Source of the DNA: Aulosira sp. ZfuVER01
GTDB lineage: Bacteria > Cyanobacteriota > Cyanobacteriia > Cyanobacteriales > Nostocaceae
Direction: 5' to 3'
Assembly: GCA_034530615.2 (NCBI GenBank)
Contig: JAVRCV020000079.1
Coordinates: 1-64,000, forward strand
DNA: 64,000 bases
A program made the translations under genes and the position numbers. This document shows positions 28,538-39,059 of this stretch, in pieces. Each line of letters opens with the position of its first letter. The stretch's first letter is position 1. The notes beneath the pieces were generated by a model, which worked only from the letters and a program-made list of their open reading frames with translations, was not told the origin of the DNA and made no database searches.

Positions 28538-30190
28538 TTAGAAGTTGAAAGTGGTTCTCAATGTCCCAATGATGGCATTATCGCTATCAACTTGACCGGG
28601 ATTGGTTAGCCAAATCACACCTGGGGTAATAGAGATGTTGTCACTGACGCGATATCTATAGAAGCCTTCAATATGATAAGGGCGATCGCCTCCTACACTA
28701 CCTAAGTACGGTTGGGCACCTGCAAACACTCCCAAAAGGTTGCCTTTTTTACCTAAATCTGGTAAAGCTACCCCAAGGCCGTAGCTCCAAACTTGCCCAT
28801 CATTATTAGCAACTAAGTCTGTAATATCGCTGTAAAGCACAAAGCCACTAACCGATAATTTATCGCTAGGTTTGAAAGCGGCTTCAATACCGTAGGAGTT
28901 ACTCTGATAGGGATTACCACCACCGACAAAGTTAGCTTGGGCAGTACCTACCACCGCACTACTTACCGAACCGGCATCGAATAAAGAACTTCCTGCACCA
29001 TGATACCCATGAACGTAGGTTGCAGCTAAGTTTATGCGATCGCCAACGTTCAGGTTTAATTGTGCAAGAGCTGCATAATTACCTTCAACTAAACCCGAAC
29101 TTGGTGCGGGATTATTCGCTTCAGATGCCAAGTAACCTAAGGTGATTGAAGGTTTGAAAGTACTGTTAGCACTACCAAAAACTAAGTTAACGCCTGCACC
29201 TGCACCACCACCAATTCGGTAGATGGGACTTTCAGAGGCAAAGGTAGACAAAGCACCGTTACCGCCGTCAAAATCTTCAAAGTATGGGTTGACGGTAGGA
29301 ACGTAATCGCTGTGAATCCCGCCTGTAGCTGCTATGTATACTTGGGAGTTGCCAAGGGGGAAGTAATAGGATAACCAGTCTATGATGGCGTTGTTGTTCC
29401 CAGTATTACCTAGGTTAAAGGTTTGAGTACTCTCAAAACTGTTACCGGGCAAGCTTAACCCATTGGCGTTACCAGCCGCAATCCGGGTGTGTAAGGTATC
29501 TTTACCTGTGAAACTGGTTTGTAAGTCTAAACGTACCCTATCTTGAAAGACAGTGTTGTTATTGTCGTTGCTACCAAAGTTATCAGTAACAGCAAAAATT
29601 GCCTCACCAACTAGCTTAGTTGTAGTAGAAAATTGATGAGCTTCTAGTTGCGCTGTCCGTGCTTCTAAAGAATCTACGCGACCACGTAATGTTGCTAGTT
29701 CTGCTGAGAATTCTTCTTGCAAACGCTGGAGGGTGGCTAAATCTTGTTTTGTCACCAAGTCGGCGGTTGCTGTCGCAATCAGTTCATTGACTCGATCTAG
29801 ACAAGCATTTAAACCTGCGGCAAACTCATAACGAGTTAAGGCACGGTTCCCACGGTAAGTACCGTTGGGGTACCCGGCAATACAACCATAGCGCTCAACT
29901 AGAGACTGCAATGCTTGAAATGCCCAATCAGTTGGCTGTACATCAGAAAACTGCGAAACTGATGTCACCTGAGACATTGAATTTTGGTTATCAGCTTCAC
30001 TGATTTGGGCAATTAACTGCCGATCAACTTTTGGTTGCTCTGTAGCAATGGCAGTTGCACTAGCATTTGTTGGTGCTTCTGTTTCAGAACTATCTAACTT
30101 TTCAGCCGCCATAACATTGGCGGAAAGCAACACATTTGCACCCAAAATAACTGGAAATAGCGCCAGATTTGTCCAAAATATACGAGACAT
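28538..30190 (-). CDS. SLH-domain cyanobacterial porin (SomA/OprB, iron-uptake porin family)
   Basis: SQVTSVSQFSDVQPTDWAFQALQSLVERYGC, FSTTTKL and C-terminal GTLRTTFNF; ATG at 30190 with ggagg upstream. Confidence 0.95.
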   Translation of the reverse strand: MSRIFWTNLALFPVILGANVLLSANVMAAEKLDSSETEAPTNASATAIATEQPKVDRQLIAQISEADNQNSMSQVTSVSQFSDVQPTDWAFQALQSLVERYGCIAGYPNGTYRGNRALTRYEFAAGLNACLDRVNELIATATADLVTKQDLATLQRLQEEFSAELATLRGRVDSLEARTAQLEAHQFSTTTKLVGEAIFAVTDNFGSNDNNNTVFQDRVRLDLQTSFTGKDTLHTRIAAGNANGLSLPGNSFESTQTFNLGNTGNNNAIIDWLSYYFPLGNSQVYIAATGGIHSDYVPTVNPYFEDFDGGNGALSTFASESPIYRIGGGAGAGVNLVFGSANSTFKPSITLGYLASEANNPAPSSGLVEGNYAALAQLNLNVGDRINLAATYVHGYHGAGSSLFDAGSVSSAVVGTAQANFVGGGNPYQSNSYGIEAAFKPSDKLSVSGFVLYSDITDLVANNDGQVWSYGLGVALPDLGKKGNLLGVFAGAQPYLGSVGGDRPYHIEGFYRYRVSDNISITPGVIWLTNPGQVDSDNAIIGTLRTTFNF

Positions 30191-30611
30191 ATTTTCCCTT
30201 TTTTCCTCCAAGAAATACCCGAAGTTAATAGCTGCAAACAACAAATAAACCGGGTAGTTTCTGCACACCTTTAAAGTTAAATAGGTTACATTGTTTAGCG
30301 GTATCAAGTCAAGTAGTTACTTATAAAGTTAAAACGAAGAACTGAATCTAAGATTTTTTGGAATTTTATTTTTCCCTAATTTCAAATTAATTTAGCCAAA
30401 TACAACCTTTAACAACGCTGTCAATCGTAGTTTTCGCTTAGACAACGAGCAGTAGAGTTTTGTGATTCCTACCTAATGCATAAAAAACATCTTTCTCATG
30501 TCGAGATTGGTCTTTACTATGCACAATTTTCATCTTTTTTATGCAAAAAAATCACAAATTTTATGTTTCAAAATTATGTTTTTTATGCAAAGAACTCAAA
30601 ATAATATTTCC

Positions 30612-30625
30612 GTAACAAAAAGTAC
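30612..30625. promoter_or_regulatory. Possible NtcA box (GTA-N8-TAC) upstream of porin
   Basis: GTAACAAAAAGTAC in the AT-rich upstream region; no canonical -10 element at the expected spacing was seen. Confidence 0.35.
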
Positions 30626-30784
30626 AAAAAATGGCTAAAAACAAATAAATATATGAAAATTTAAAAAGTCATTTGTAAAAAATCAAAAGTCAAAGTAACT
30701 AAATATAGCGATTCCTGCATTAGTGAGGTATGTAGCAATAAAGAATTAACCACCGATAGAAGAAGATGGACGCAGCGAAAAGTT

Positions 30785-30874
30785 GAGCCAGTGCGTTGGG
30801 GAGACAGCGCTGTGGGCGGCTTTGCCGACTTGAAGCGACTGTCGTCGGGTTCCCCGACTTAAAGCAACTGGCGT
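30785..30874 (+). repeat. Nested pair of 45-nt small dispersed repeats
   Basis: Outer element 30785-30800 + 30846-30874, inner element 30801-30845, same family. Confidence 0.8.
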
Positions 30875-31261
30875 TGCGCGTCCGGGTTTCCCGGCGCAAA
30901 ACTTTTCAAGACAGATTAACGCAGATAAATTTATTTCATATCTGGCTGATTAGCGCTCTTTAATCACTCTCTCCAAAAAATATTCTGGAACCTTTACGGC
31001 AAAAGGCTTTACGCAATAATCAATGTCTTAGGCGTTGTATGAGAATTTAAAGCCCAAACCCCTAACGGTATCTTTGTTTCAGATTTTGCGTTTTATTTTT
31101 TTCTCACCAAAGTGATAGAAGAGCGTTAGTTATGATTAGGTGCATTAGGCAAGAAGGCAATTGTCATGTGTCATTGCTCAAGAGTCAATGCTCAATGGTC
31201 ATTTCTTCCCATGCTTCCCCTGCTCCCTTATCTCCCTTATCCTCATTATCGCCCTGCTCTC

Positions 31262-32413
31262 TCATCCACCTGAATAGTTACCACAAAGTTCCAGGGCACG
31301 ATGGGAATAGATCGTTACAGTAAACGAGGTGCCAATGCCGACTTGACTTTCAACGGTAATCTTTCCGCCATGAGCATCCACACACTTTTTGACAATAGAT
31401 AATCCCAATCCTGTGCCGGGAATGTTGCTGACATTGATTCCTCGATGGAAGGGCGTAAATAGCTTTGCTAGATCTTGATCTGTTAGCCCAATTCCTTGGT
31501 CTTTAATCTGGAATTGAACATAATCTAGCTCAGATAGTAACTCAAATGTCACTTTGCTATTTTCTGGAGAATATTTCATGGCATTCTCCAGCAAGTTGGT
31601 CAGGATGTGTTGCAATAACTTGGGATCGAGATCGTAGAAAAGATTTGCGGTTTCGTCACATCCCGAAACAGTCAACTCCAATCTATCTCTAGTTTGAGAA
31701 CGAGATTGTAGATCTTCTACCAGGCAAGAGCAGAATTGGTAGATATTGATGAGTGTTGGTTGACATTGAAACTGTTCTTGTTCTACTTGGCCTAGAACCA
31801 AAACATCTGTAATTAGTTGCGCCATGTGCTTAATGGCTACTTTACCCCGTTCGATATGAGCTTGTCGCTTTGCGGGAGAAAGTATGTTTGGCTGTTCAAA
31901 CAGTTCCAGTGTCACGAGTAGGGAACTTAACGGATTGCGAAATTCATGAGAAACAATGGAAACGAATTGAGATCTAAGTTCGTTAAGCTGTTTTTCTTTC
32001 TCCAGTGCTTGTCTTACAGCTTGTTCGGCTAGATGGTTAGCCAAAGCTACCTGAATACCAATAATGAGATCCTGTTCCTCAAAGGGTTTAACGATGTAGC
32101 CGTAGGGATGGGTTGCGATCGCTTCTGTTAATGTTGCTTCATCAGCATGGGCAGTGAGAAACACAACGGGTAGATGGAATTGTTGCCGAATTTGATCTGC
32201 TGCCTCAATGCCGCTTTTATTGCCTTGTAGGTAAATATCCATCAACACCAGATCGGGTTTATTTGCTGCCACAAGATCCAACGCTTTTTCGGCAGAATTA
32301 GCAGTTCCAGACACGCTGTAGCCTAACTTGTTGAGATGTTGCTTGATATCTAAAGCAATTACCCATTCATCTTCAACAATTAGGATTGTAGGCTTTGGGG
32401 AATATTGCGGCAT
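31262..32413 (-). CDS. Response regulator-histidine kinase hybrid (REC-HisKA-HATPase)
   Basis: ILIVEDE, LVLMDI, VSHEFRNPL, NAMKYS and GTGLGL. Confidence 0.93.
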   Translation of the reverse strand: MPQYSPKPTILIVEDEWVIALDIKQHLNKLGYSVSGTANSAEKALDLVAANKPDLVLMDIYLQGNKSGIEAADQIRQQFHLPVVFLTAHADEATLTEAIATHPYGYIVKPFEEQDLIIGIQVALANHLAEQAVRQALEKEKQLNELRSQFVSIVSHEFRNPLSSLLVTLELFEQPNILSPAKRQAHIERGKVAIKHMAQLITDVLVLGQVEQEQFQCQPTLINIYQFCSCLVEDLQSRSQTRDRLELTVSGCDETANLFYDLDPKLLQHILTNLLENAMKYSPENSKVTFELLSELDYVQFQIKDQGIGLTDQDLAKLFTPFHRGINVSNIPGTGLGLSIVKKCVDAHGGKITVESQVGIGTSFTVTIYSHRALELCGNYSGG

Positions 32414-32419
32414 GGCACA

Positions 32420-35400
32420 TTACAACCTTTTTCTTAGGAGAATCTTAAACTGACTGCCTGCTTGCCTATCTAGTTGCAGCGTACCTCCAAGTTGTTCTGT
32501 TAACCCGTGTATAAGTTGCATTCCCAGTGAAATAGTACACTGAGGATCAATATGGGCAGGTATTCCAATTCCGTTATCTTTGACAATTAGACAATAATAC
32601 TCAGGATCGTATAACCAGAATTGCAGCATAATTTCGCCTTGTTGGTTGGGAAATGCATACTTTAAGGCATTAGAAACTAGCTCATTAATGATTAAGCCGC
32701 AGGGAACCGCCGTATCTAGGTCTAGTTCTAGCTCTTCTACTTCAATAAAAGCACGTATAGAAGATTTATTGGAAGTATAGGAACGCACTAAATCATTCAC
32801 AAGGTGTTGAACATAGGTAGCAAAGTTAATCCGGGCAAGATTTTCAGAACGATAGAGGCGTTCGTGGACGAGTGCCATTGTTTTGACTCGCCGCTGGCTT
32901 TCGCTGAGTAACTTCAGTACAGCAGGGTCGTCAATGCTGCTAGCTTGCAGATTTAACAGGCTAGAAACCATTTGCATATTGTTCTTGACCCGGTGATAGA
33001 CCTCGCGCAATAAAACTTCTTTTTCCTTGAGAGAGGCGCGGATTTGTTCTTCAATTTGTTGGCGTTCTTGCAGTTCAATTTGCAGTTGCTTGTAGAGTTC
33101 AGACTGCTGGATAGCGATCGCCAATTGGTTGGCTATCTGTTGCAATAGTTCCACCTCCCAAGACTGCCAATGGCGAGGAGCCGAGTTTTGATAAATTGCT
33201 AACAAGCCCCAAAGATGATCTCCAGAGAAAATCGGGGCGATCGCATAAGCTCTAGCTTGAAACTGTTCTAAAAGCGCAATATGACAATGCTGATGTCCAA
33301 CGGTGTAAATATCCGTTACGGCAAAGTTTTCGTGATTTTTGTAGCGTCCTCCTTGAGTTTCTTGCAAATAAGTATCTTCCCAAACTTTTTTGATGTTAGG
33401 TTTCACCAGTTTCACCCAACCTGAGGCGACTGACTCCACGATAAACTTTCCACTCCAATCGGAATTAAAACGATAAACCGCAACCCGATCGGCTTGCAAT
33501 GTTTGCCTAACTTCAGTTACAGCAGTTGTGAGAATGGCATCTAAATCTAGAGACTGACGAATTTCTTGGGTAACAAGCCGAAGCACCTGCTCAAGTCTTG
33601 CTTGCTGTTGTAAAACTGCTTCTGCTTGTTTGCGATTAGTGATATCCATTGCAATTCCCGCTAGCCGTACAGGTTGTCCCTGCTTGTCCAGCACACAAGC
33701 ACCGCGTGCGTACACCCAATGAATACTGCCATCTCTGCGTATCTGCCGATACTCTACTTCATAAGAAGAAGCTTGTTCGATCACTTGCCGTGTTTGTTGC
33801 ACAACATAGTCGCGATCGTCAGGATGAATGCAACTCAAGAACAACTCGAAGGTGGGGTAAGGACTCACTACTTCTCCATCTCGATCGAGAACACGTCCTT
33901 GAGCATCTGTTTGAAAGCCAAATAGGGCATATTCTTCAGGCGACCACTGAACGATTTTTGTCTGTAGATTCAAGTCCCAAGTTCCCATCTTGGCAGCAGA
34001 GAGTGCCATGTTGAGTTGGGCAGTACGTTCCTGAACTCGCTGTTCTAGTTCCTGGTTGAATTGTTGCAAAGCCGCTTCGGCGCGCTCGCGATCGCTTAGT
34101 TCTTGCTGCATCTGTTGATAGAGTTGTGCTTGCTGAATGGCGATCGCTAATTGATCTGCCACTTGACGAGCAATTTCTAACTCTTCCTGCTTCCAAGGAG
34201 CTTCTTGGATTGGCTTTACCAGCGTCAAACAGCCCCAAATTGTACCGTTAACGACGATAGGTGTTAATAACCAAGCACCAGGAACCATCTCGGCAATTTT
34301 TTGGTTAATCGGATCGTTAATGCTATCCATCCCATCTATTTGCACCACTTGGAATTGCTTCAACTGTGCCGCCAAGGGATTGCCCTCATCGGGAATTTCT
34401 AAACCTGTTGGATTTTTGAGCAATTCATTTTGGTGATTAACCACTAGAATCTTCCAATATTGGCGCTCTGAGAAATACTGGACGATAGAAGTCTGATGCA
34501 AGTCTAACAATTGAGTGACTTCATCCATCGCCGTGGAGAAGATTGTTGATAAATCCAGAGAACTGCGAATGCTTTGAAATACCCGATTTAAGGTTTGCTC
34601 TTGCTGTGCTTGACGTTGTAAGGCGATTTGGGCGGCTTTGCGATCGGTCACATCTCGCGAAATACATAGAATTGACTGTATCGCATTTTCACGAGTCAAC
34701 TCAGGGGCGATCGCCATTTCAAAGAAACGTGTTCCGTTGAGTGTCAGTGTTTCAAATTCAATGATCTGTTTTTGCCCTGTTGTTAACAGTACTTGGGCCG
34801 CAGCTTCCCAGGCTTCGACCATTGGCTCTGGCATTCCCAGTTCGCGACAGGTTTTGCCTACAAACATCTCCGGCGGAATGCCTGTAATTTGTGTCAGTGC
34901 TGGACTGGTATAAATATGTCGCAATTGGGTATCGAAGCGTTCGATAATATCAGGAGAATTTTCCACCAGAGTTTGGTATAATCGTCGCGACTCTTGCAGA
35001 GCAGTTTCGGCAGCTTTGCGAGCAGAAATATCTATGACGAAGCCTTCTAAACACAAGAGTTCGCCACTGTCCGAAAATATACCCTGTCCGCGTTCCCAAA
35101 GCCATTTCTGAATTCCCGACTTCGTAATAATCCGAAACTCAAACTCAAAGGGTTGCCGGAGTTTCACGGCTCTCTGAACCGTTTCCCAAACTAGATCGCA
35201 GTCATCGGGATGAATTTCCTTTCCACAAGAAATCGTGCGCTCAATGAGATACTCTTCTTGTCGATAGCCTGTAATGCTAAAAACTCCCTCACTGATAAAT
35301 TCAGGGGTGTAGTCGCGATCGTTAGCAACTCGGTACACATAACCAGGTAGGTTGCTAATCAAGGTAGATAAGCGGCGTTCACTTGTTTGTAAAGCTCGAT

Positions 35401-35806
35401 CTGCTTGATAACGGGTTTGGGTACTTTGCCAAACATTCCGAACTACTTGCACCAATCGAGTTAGATTTTCGGGTGACTTGATGACATAATCATCAAACCC
35501 CGCTTTCATGGCTGCAACAGCAATTTCTTCGCTACCGGAATTTGTGAACATGATGACAGGACAATCGCTAATCTGCGTTTTGATAGTTCGCAAAACATCC
35601 AGTCCGTTTGTCCACGGCAATTTATAATCAGCGATCGCCAGATCAAAGTTACGGGCTGTAATCGCCTGCGCTAACTCATCAGCATGAACAATTTCCTCAA
35701 TCTGAAGCCCTGGGAAGTTGTGAGTCAGTACTTCGATGGTAAAAGCGCGATCGACTGGGTTAGCATCGATTAGCAGAATTCGTTGCAATAACTGCTCTCG
35801 GCTCAT
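32420..35806 (-). CDS. REC-PAS-PAS-GAF-PAS-CBCR GAF-HisKA_2 sensor kinase (red/green cyanobacteriochrome)
   Basis: Second GAF has WEDTYLQETQGGRY...HCHIALLEQFQ; H-box EVYHRVKNNMQ. Confidence 0.9.
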   Translation of the reverse strand: MSREQLLQRILLIDANPVDRAFTIEVLTHNFPGLQIEEIVHADELAQAITARNFDLAIADYKLPWTNGLDVLRTIKTQISDCPVIMFTNSGSEEIAVAAMKAGFDDYVIKSPENLTRLVQVVRNVWQSTQTRYQADRALQTSERRLSTLISNLPGYVYRVANDRDYTPEFISEGVFSITGYRQEEYLIERTISCGKEIHPDDCDLVWETVQRAVKLRQPFEFEFRIITKSGIQKWLWERGQGIFSDSGELLCLEGFVIDISARKAAETALQESRRLYQTLVENSPDIIERFDTQLRHIYTSPALTQITGIPPEMFVGKTCRELGMPEPMVEAWEAAAQVLLTTGQKQIIEFETLTLNGTRFFEMAIAPELTRENAIQSILCISRDVTDRKAAQIALQRQAQQEQTLNRVFQSIRSSLDLSTIFSTAMDEVTQLLDLHQTSIVQYFSERQYWKILVVNHQNELLKNPTGLEIPDEGNPLAAQLKQFQVVQIDGMDSINDPINQKIAEMVPGAWLLTPIVVNGTIWGCLTLVKPIQEAPWKQEELEIARQVADQLAIAIQQAQLYQQMQQELSDRERAEAALQQFNQELEQRVQERTAQLNMALSAAKMGTWDLNLQTKIVQWSPEEYALFGFQTDAQGRVLDRDGEVVSPYPTFELFLSCIHPDDRDYVVQQTRQVIEQASSYEVEYRQIRRDGSIHWVYARGACVLDKQGQPVRLAGIAMDITNRKQAEAVLQQQARLEQVLRLVTQEIRQSLDLDAILTTAVTEVRQTLQADRVAVYRFNSDWSGKFIVESVASGWVKLVKPNIKKVWEDTYLQETQGGRYKNHENFAVTDIYTVGHQHCHIALLEQFQARAYAIAPIFSGDHLWGLLAIYQNSAPRHWQSWEVELLQQIANQLAIAIQQSELYKQLQIELQERQQIEEQIRASLKEKEVLLREVYHRVKNNMQMVSSLLNLQASSIDDPAVLKLLSESQRRVKTMALVHERLYRSENLARINFATYVQHLVNDLVRSYTSNKSSIRAFIEVEELELDLDTAVPCGLIINELVSNALKYAFPNQQGEIMLQFWLYDPEYYCLIVKDNGIGIPAHIDPQCTISLGMQLIHGLTEQLGGTLQLDRQAGSQFKILLRKRL

Positions 35807-35904
35807 AGGTTTTAACAGCTTTAAAAAATAAATATATTATTGATGTCGATCTTAAGCTGTTGCTGCTTCTGTTGTCGTCAAGGTTAGTACAAATTCCAAA
35901 TCTA

Positions 35905-36088
35905 GTCGATGCAATGGCATAACAAGTCGATGCAATCGCATAACAAGTCGATGCAATCGCATAACAGGGCGATGCAATGGCATAACAAGCCGATGCAATG
36001 GCATAACAAGCCCATGTAATGGCATAACAAGTCGATGCAATCGCATAACAAGCCCATGTAATGGCATAACAGGACGATGCAATCGCAT
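35905..36088. repeat. 21-bp tandem array, ~9 units (GTCGATGCAATGGCATAACAA)
   Basis: Units read directly; explains the spurious ORFs 35760..36152 and 35852..36223. Confidence 0.95.
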
Positions 36089-36193
36089 TTTTAATAGAAT
36101 AACAAACGGAAGTGTTCCTTCTGCCTCTCCGAAGTTCCCATGCCTTCGGCAACCCCTTCGGGGAACGGAGGAAGCCTCCGCTCGGACTTCTCT

Positions 36194-37669
36194 CAATACG
36201 GTTCGGTTAAGGGCACAAACCATGTAAATTGAGAATTGTCATCAGGGTGCAAATGGCAAAAATGCAACTGAAAGAATTCTCCTTATTTGTGCCGAATGTA
36301 GAATCAGGTACGGTGTTGAAAGCGTTAGAAACTGCTATTCCATCGTCAGCGATAGAACAAGCGCTCGGTGACGCAAAAGCGACCGAAGAACGTAAACGAG
36401 CTTTGCCCTCGCATTTGGTGGTCTGTTTAATCATCGCCATGAGCTTGTGGTCAAAGGCTTCAATGAGAACAGTGCTGAAAAATCTGGTTGATGGTTTAAG
36501 CGAAACTTGGATAAAAGTAGGTTTGTACTGGCAAGTACCTTGTAAATCATCAATTACCGAAGCACGACAAAGGATAGGTTCTGGGGTGATAACTCGTCTG
36601 TTCCATCTAGTAGTGCGTCCTCTAGCAACAGTTGAGACTCCGGAAGCTTTTCTGGGAGGACTACGAATAATGGCAGTAGATGGAACATTATTCGATGTAC
36701 CGGATACGGAGGCAAACGCAAGGGTGTTTGGATATCCAGGTAGTCGTCCCGGAACTCAAGCATCTTTTCCCAAAGTCCGTTTAGTTCTACTGATTGAAGC
36801 TGGAACACATTTAATAGTTGATGCATTAATGTGTCCTTACCGTATTGGTGAGCGAGTCAGGGTCAAGAAGTTGCTTCGTTCTGTGACCCAAGGAATGTTA
36901 CTAATGTGGGATAGAGGGTTACATTCCTATGCAATGGTACGAGCCACTATTGGGCAAAAATGCGATTACTTGGGAAGAGTACCCAAAAATGTGAAGTTCC
37001 AAGTAGATCAAGTCTTGGAAGACGGTTCTTATTTATCGTGGATTGCCCCTGATGGTAAATCAAAGAAAGAAGGTGGAACAAAAATCATGGTGCGAGTTAT
37101 TGAATACACCATAGATACCGAGGGAGAGCCGGAAATTTATCGTCTGATTACCAGTTTGACTGATATTGCTTTGTTAAGAGCTTTATTATTAGCGATGGAA
37201 TATCACAAACGTTGGGAAGTGGAAAATACTATTGATGAACTTAAAGTTCATCTGTTAGGTCGCAAAACACCTATTCGTTCCTTAAATCCCCGTGAAGTTG
37301 TTCAAGAAGTTTATGGTTGGCTTCTTGGTCATTGGACTGTGCGTTCGCTGATGTTTCAAGTTGCCACTCATGCTCAAATCTCCCCTTTGCGACTCAGTTT
37401 TACCGGAACACTTAACGTTGTCCGCCGTGCTATTCCCAAATTTCAACGTCTTGAGCCAGAAGAAGTACCTTTTTTTTAACCTGGCTTGTGGTAGAAATTC
37501 TAGATGAACAGATACCAGAGCGTGAAGGTAGAAGTAACCCGCGAGTTGTAAAAAAAACTAGAGCTAAATTTCCTTCCAAGAAACCCATACATAAGGGATC
37601 TGGGGCTAAAATTGAAACACTCAAATTCTCTGTACATAACACTGCTTAGAGCTTAACCGAACCGTATTG
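36194..37669 (+). mobile_element. IS4-family insertion sequence, 1476 bp, 18-bp perfect TIR, 10-bp TSD GGACTTCTCT
   Basis: CAATACGGTTCGGTTAAG at 36194 and CTTAACCGAACCGTATTG ending at 37669; ggacttctct at 36184-36193 and 37670-37679. Confidence 0.97.
36253..37479 (+). CDS. IS4-family DDE transposase (continues in the -1 frame to 37649)
   Basis: AVDGT, MWDRG and YHKRWEVENTIDELK (YREK motif). Confidence 0.93.
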   Translation: MAKMQLKEFSLFVPNVESGTVLKALETAIPSSAIEQALGDAKATEERKRALPSHLVVCLIIAMSLWSKASMRTVLKNLVDGLSETWIKVGLYWQVPCKSSITEARQRIGSGVITRLFHLVVRPLATVETPEAFLGGLRIMAVDGTLFDVPDTEANARVFGYPGSRPGTQASFPKVRLVLLIEAGTHLIVDALMCPYRIGERVRVKKLLRSVTQGMLLMWDRGLHSYAMVRATIGQKCDYLGRVPKNVKFQVDQVLEDGSYLSWIAPDGKSKKEGGTKIMVRVIEYTIDTEGEPEIYRLITSLTDIALLRALLLAMEYHKRWEVENTIDELKVHLLGRKTPIRSLNPREVVQEVYGWLLGHWTVRSLMFQVATHAQISPLRLSFTGTLNVVRRAIPKFQRLEPEEVPFF

Positions 37670-37726
37670 GGACTTCTCTCTGCCCCATGCCCCATGCCCA
37701 ATGCCCAATGCCCAATGCCCAATAAA

Positions 37727-38902
37727 TTACAATTTCAGCAACGGTAGTATGACAGTAAAGGTTGTACCTAATCCAACTTTGCTATCGACTAAAATCTCAC
37801 CCCCATGTGCATCGACACACTTTTTGACAATGGCTAAACCTAAACCAGTACCAGGAATAGAACCGACATTGTCTGCACGTTGAAAAGGCTGAAATAATCG
37901 TTTTTGGTCTTCTTCGGGAATGCCAATTCCCCAATCTTGAATTCGGAAAGCGATCGCTTGCTCTTGACCAATTAGTTCAAAATTTACTTTACCGCCTGGT
38001 AGTGAATACTTAATCGCATTAGTCAGCAAATTTCCCAAAATGTGCCGCAGGAGGCTTTCATCCCAGAGAGTATCTTGAAATTCCCCCACACTTGTAAACA
38101 CTAGATTTATCTGCTTGTCCCCAATAATTAGTTGCGCCTCTTCAATTAGTTGACGGCAGAATTGTTGTAAATCGAGGGAGACGAGTTCGCAGTGAAGTCT
38201 ACCTGAATCTGCTTGCCCAATTAACGACACTTCATCTAATAGCTGCGCCATGTTTTTGATGGCCGCGCGAATCAATTGAAAGTGAGAACTTTTTTTCTCT
38301 TTGGTTAATTTTTCTTCGTTATTTTGGAGCAATCCAGCAGCTAGGAGAATAGTATTGAGGGGATTGCGGATGTCATGGGAGAGCATGGAGACAAATTCAG
38401 ATTTGAACTGGTTGATTTCTTGCGCTTTTACCAGTTCGGCTGTGCGTTCTTCAACACGAGTTTCTAATGTTTTATTAGTTGTCCGTAATGATTCCAAAAC
38501 CTGTTTGCGCTCGATCGCATAATGTATGGAGCGAACTAAGACATCTACATTTACCTGTCGCTTAACTAGATAATCTTGTGCGCCTTTTCGCACTGCTTCA
38601 ATTGCTAAGGCTTCGTCATTGGTATTTGTAAGGACAACAATTGGTAATCTAGGGGCATAGTCAATCAGCCTTGGTAAGGATGACAACCCTTCGCTATCAG
38701 GCAGGGTCAGATCCAACAAAATGACATCATAGGAACATAATGCCCTGTCTTGAGTTAATTCCTGGAGGGCATTCTGCAAGCGCTGAACATGAACTACACT
38801 AAAGTCTTTGGATTGGGCTTGCTTCAGAAACTCCTGTAACAATCTCGCTTCTGCTAAGTTGTCCTCAATCAACAAGATTTTTACTGAGCCTGTAGCCATC
38901 AT
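37727..38902 (-). CDS. REC-HisKA-HATPase hybrid kinase downstream of phytochrome/Rcp
   Basis: ILLIEDN, LLDLTLPD, LSHDIRNPL and NAIKYS. Confidence 0.93.
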   Translation of the reverse strand: MMATGSVKILLIEDNLAEARLLQEFLKQAQSKDFSVVHVQRLQNALQELTQDRALCSYDVILLDLTLPDSEGLSSLPRLIDYAPRLPIVVLTNTNDEALAIEAVRKGAQDYLVKRQVNVDVLVRSIHYAIERKQVLESLRTTNKTLETRVEERTAELVKAQEINQFKSEFVSMLSHDIRNPLNTILLAAGLLQNNEEKLTKEKKSSHFQLIRAAIKNMAQLLDEVSLIGQADSGRLHCELVSLDLQQFCRQLIEEAQLIIGDKQINLVFTSVGEFQDTLWDESLLRHILGNLLTNAIKYSLPGGKVNFELIGQEQAIAFRIQDWGIGIPEEDQKRLFQPFQRADNVGSIPGTGLGLAIVKKCVDAHGGEILVDSKVGLGTTFTVILPLLKL

Positions 38903-39059
38903 TTCCTGGTTCTACCTCCTCTATCTTGAAAGTGCTGAGTGCTGAGTCAAAAGTCAATAGTTAAGATTGCTCAGTTATTTGTCCCCCTTGTCCCCCTCAT
39001 CTCCCTCATCCCCCTTGTCTCCCCACACTCCCCACACTCCCCACACTCCCTTCTCATCC

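Noticed and set aside
35760..36223. Cys-rich CYAIAS repeat ORF as a RiPP precursor
   Set aside because: It is simply the translation of the 21-bp DNA array, which also occurs non-coding at 23.6 kb; no modifying enzymes nearby
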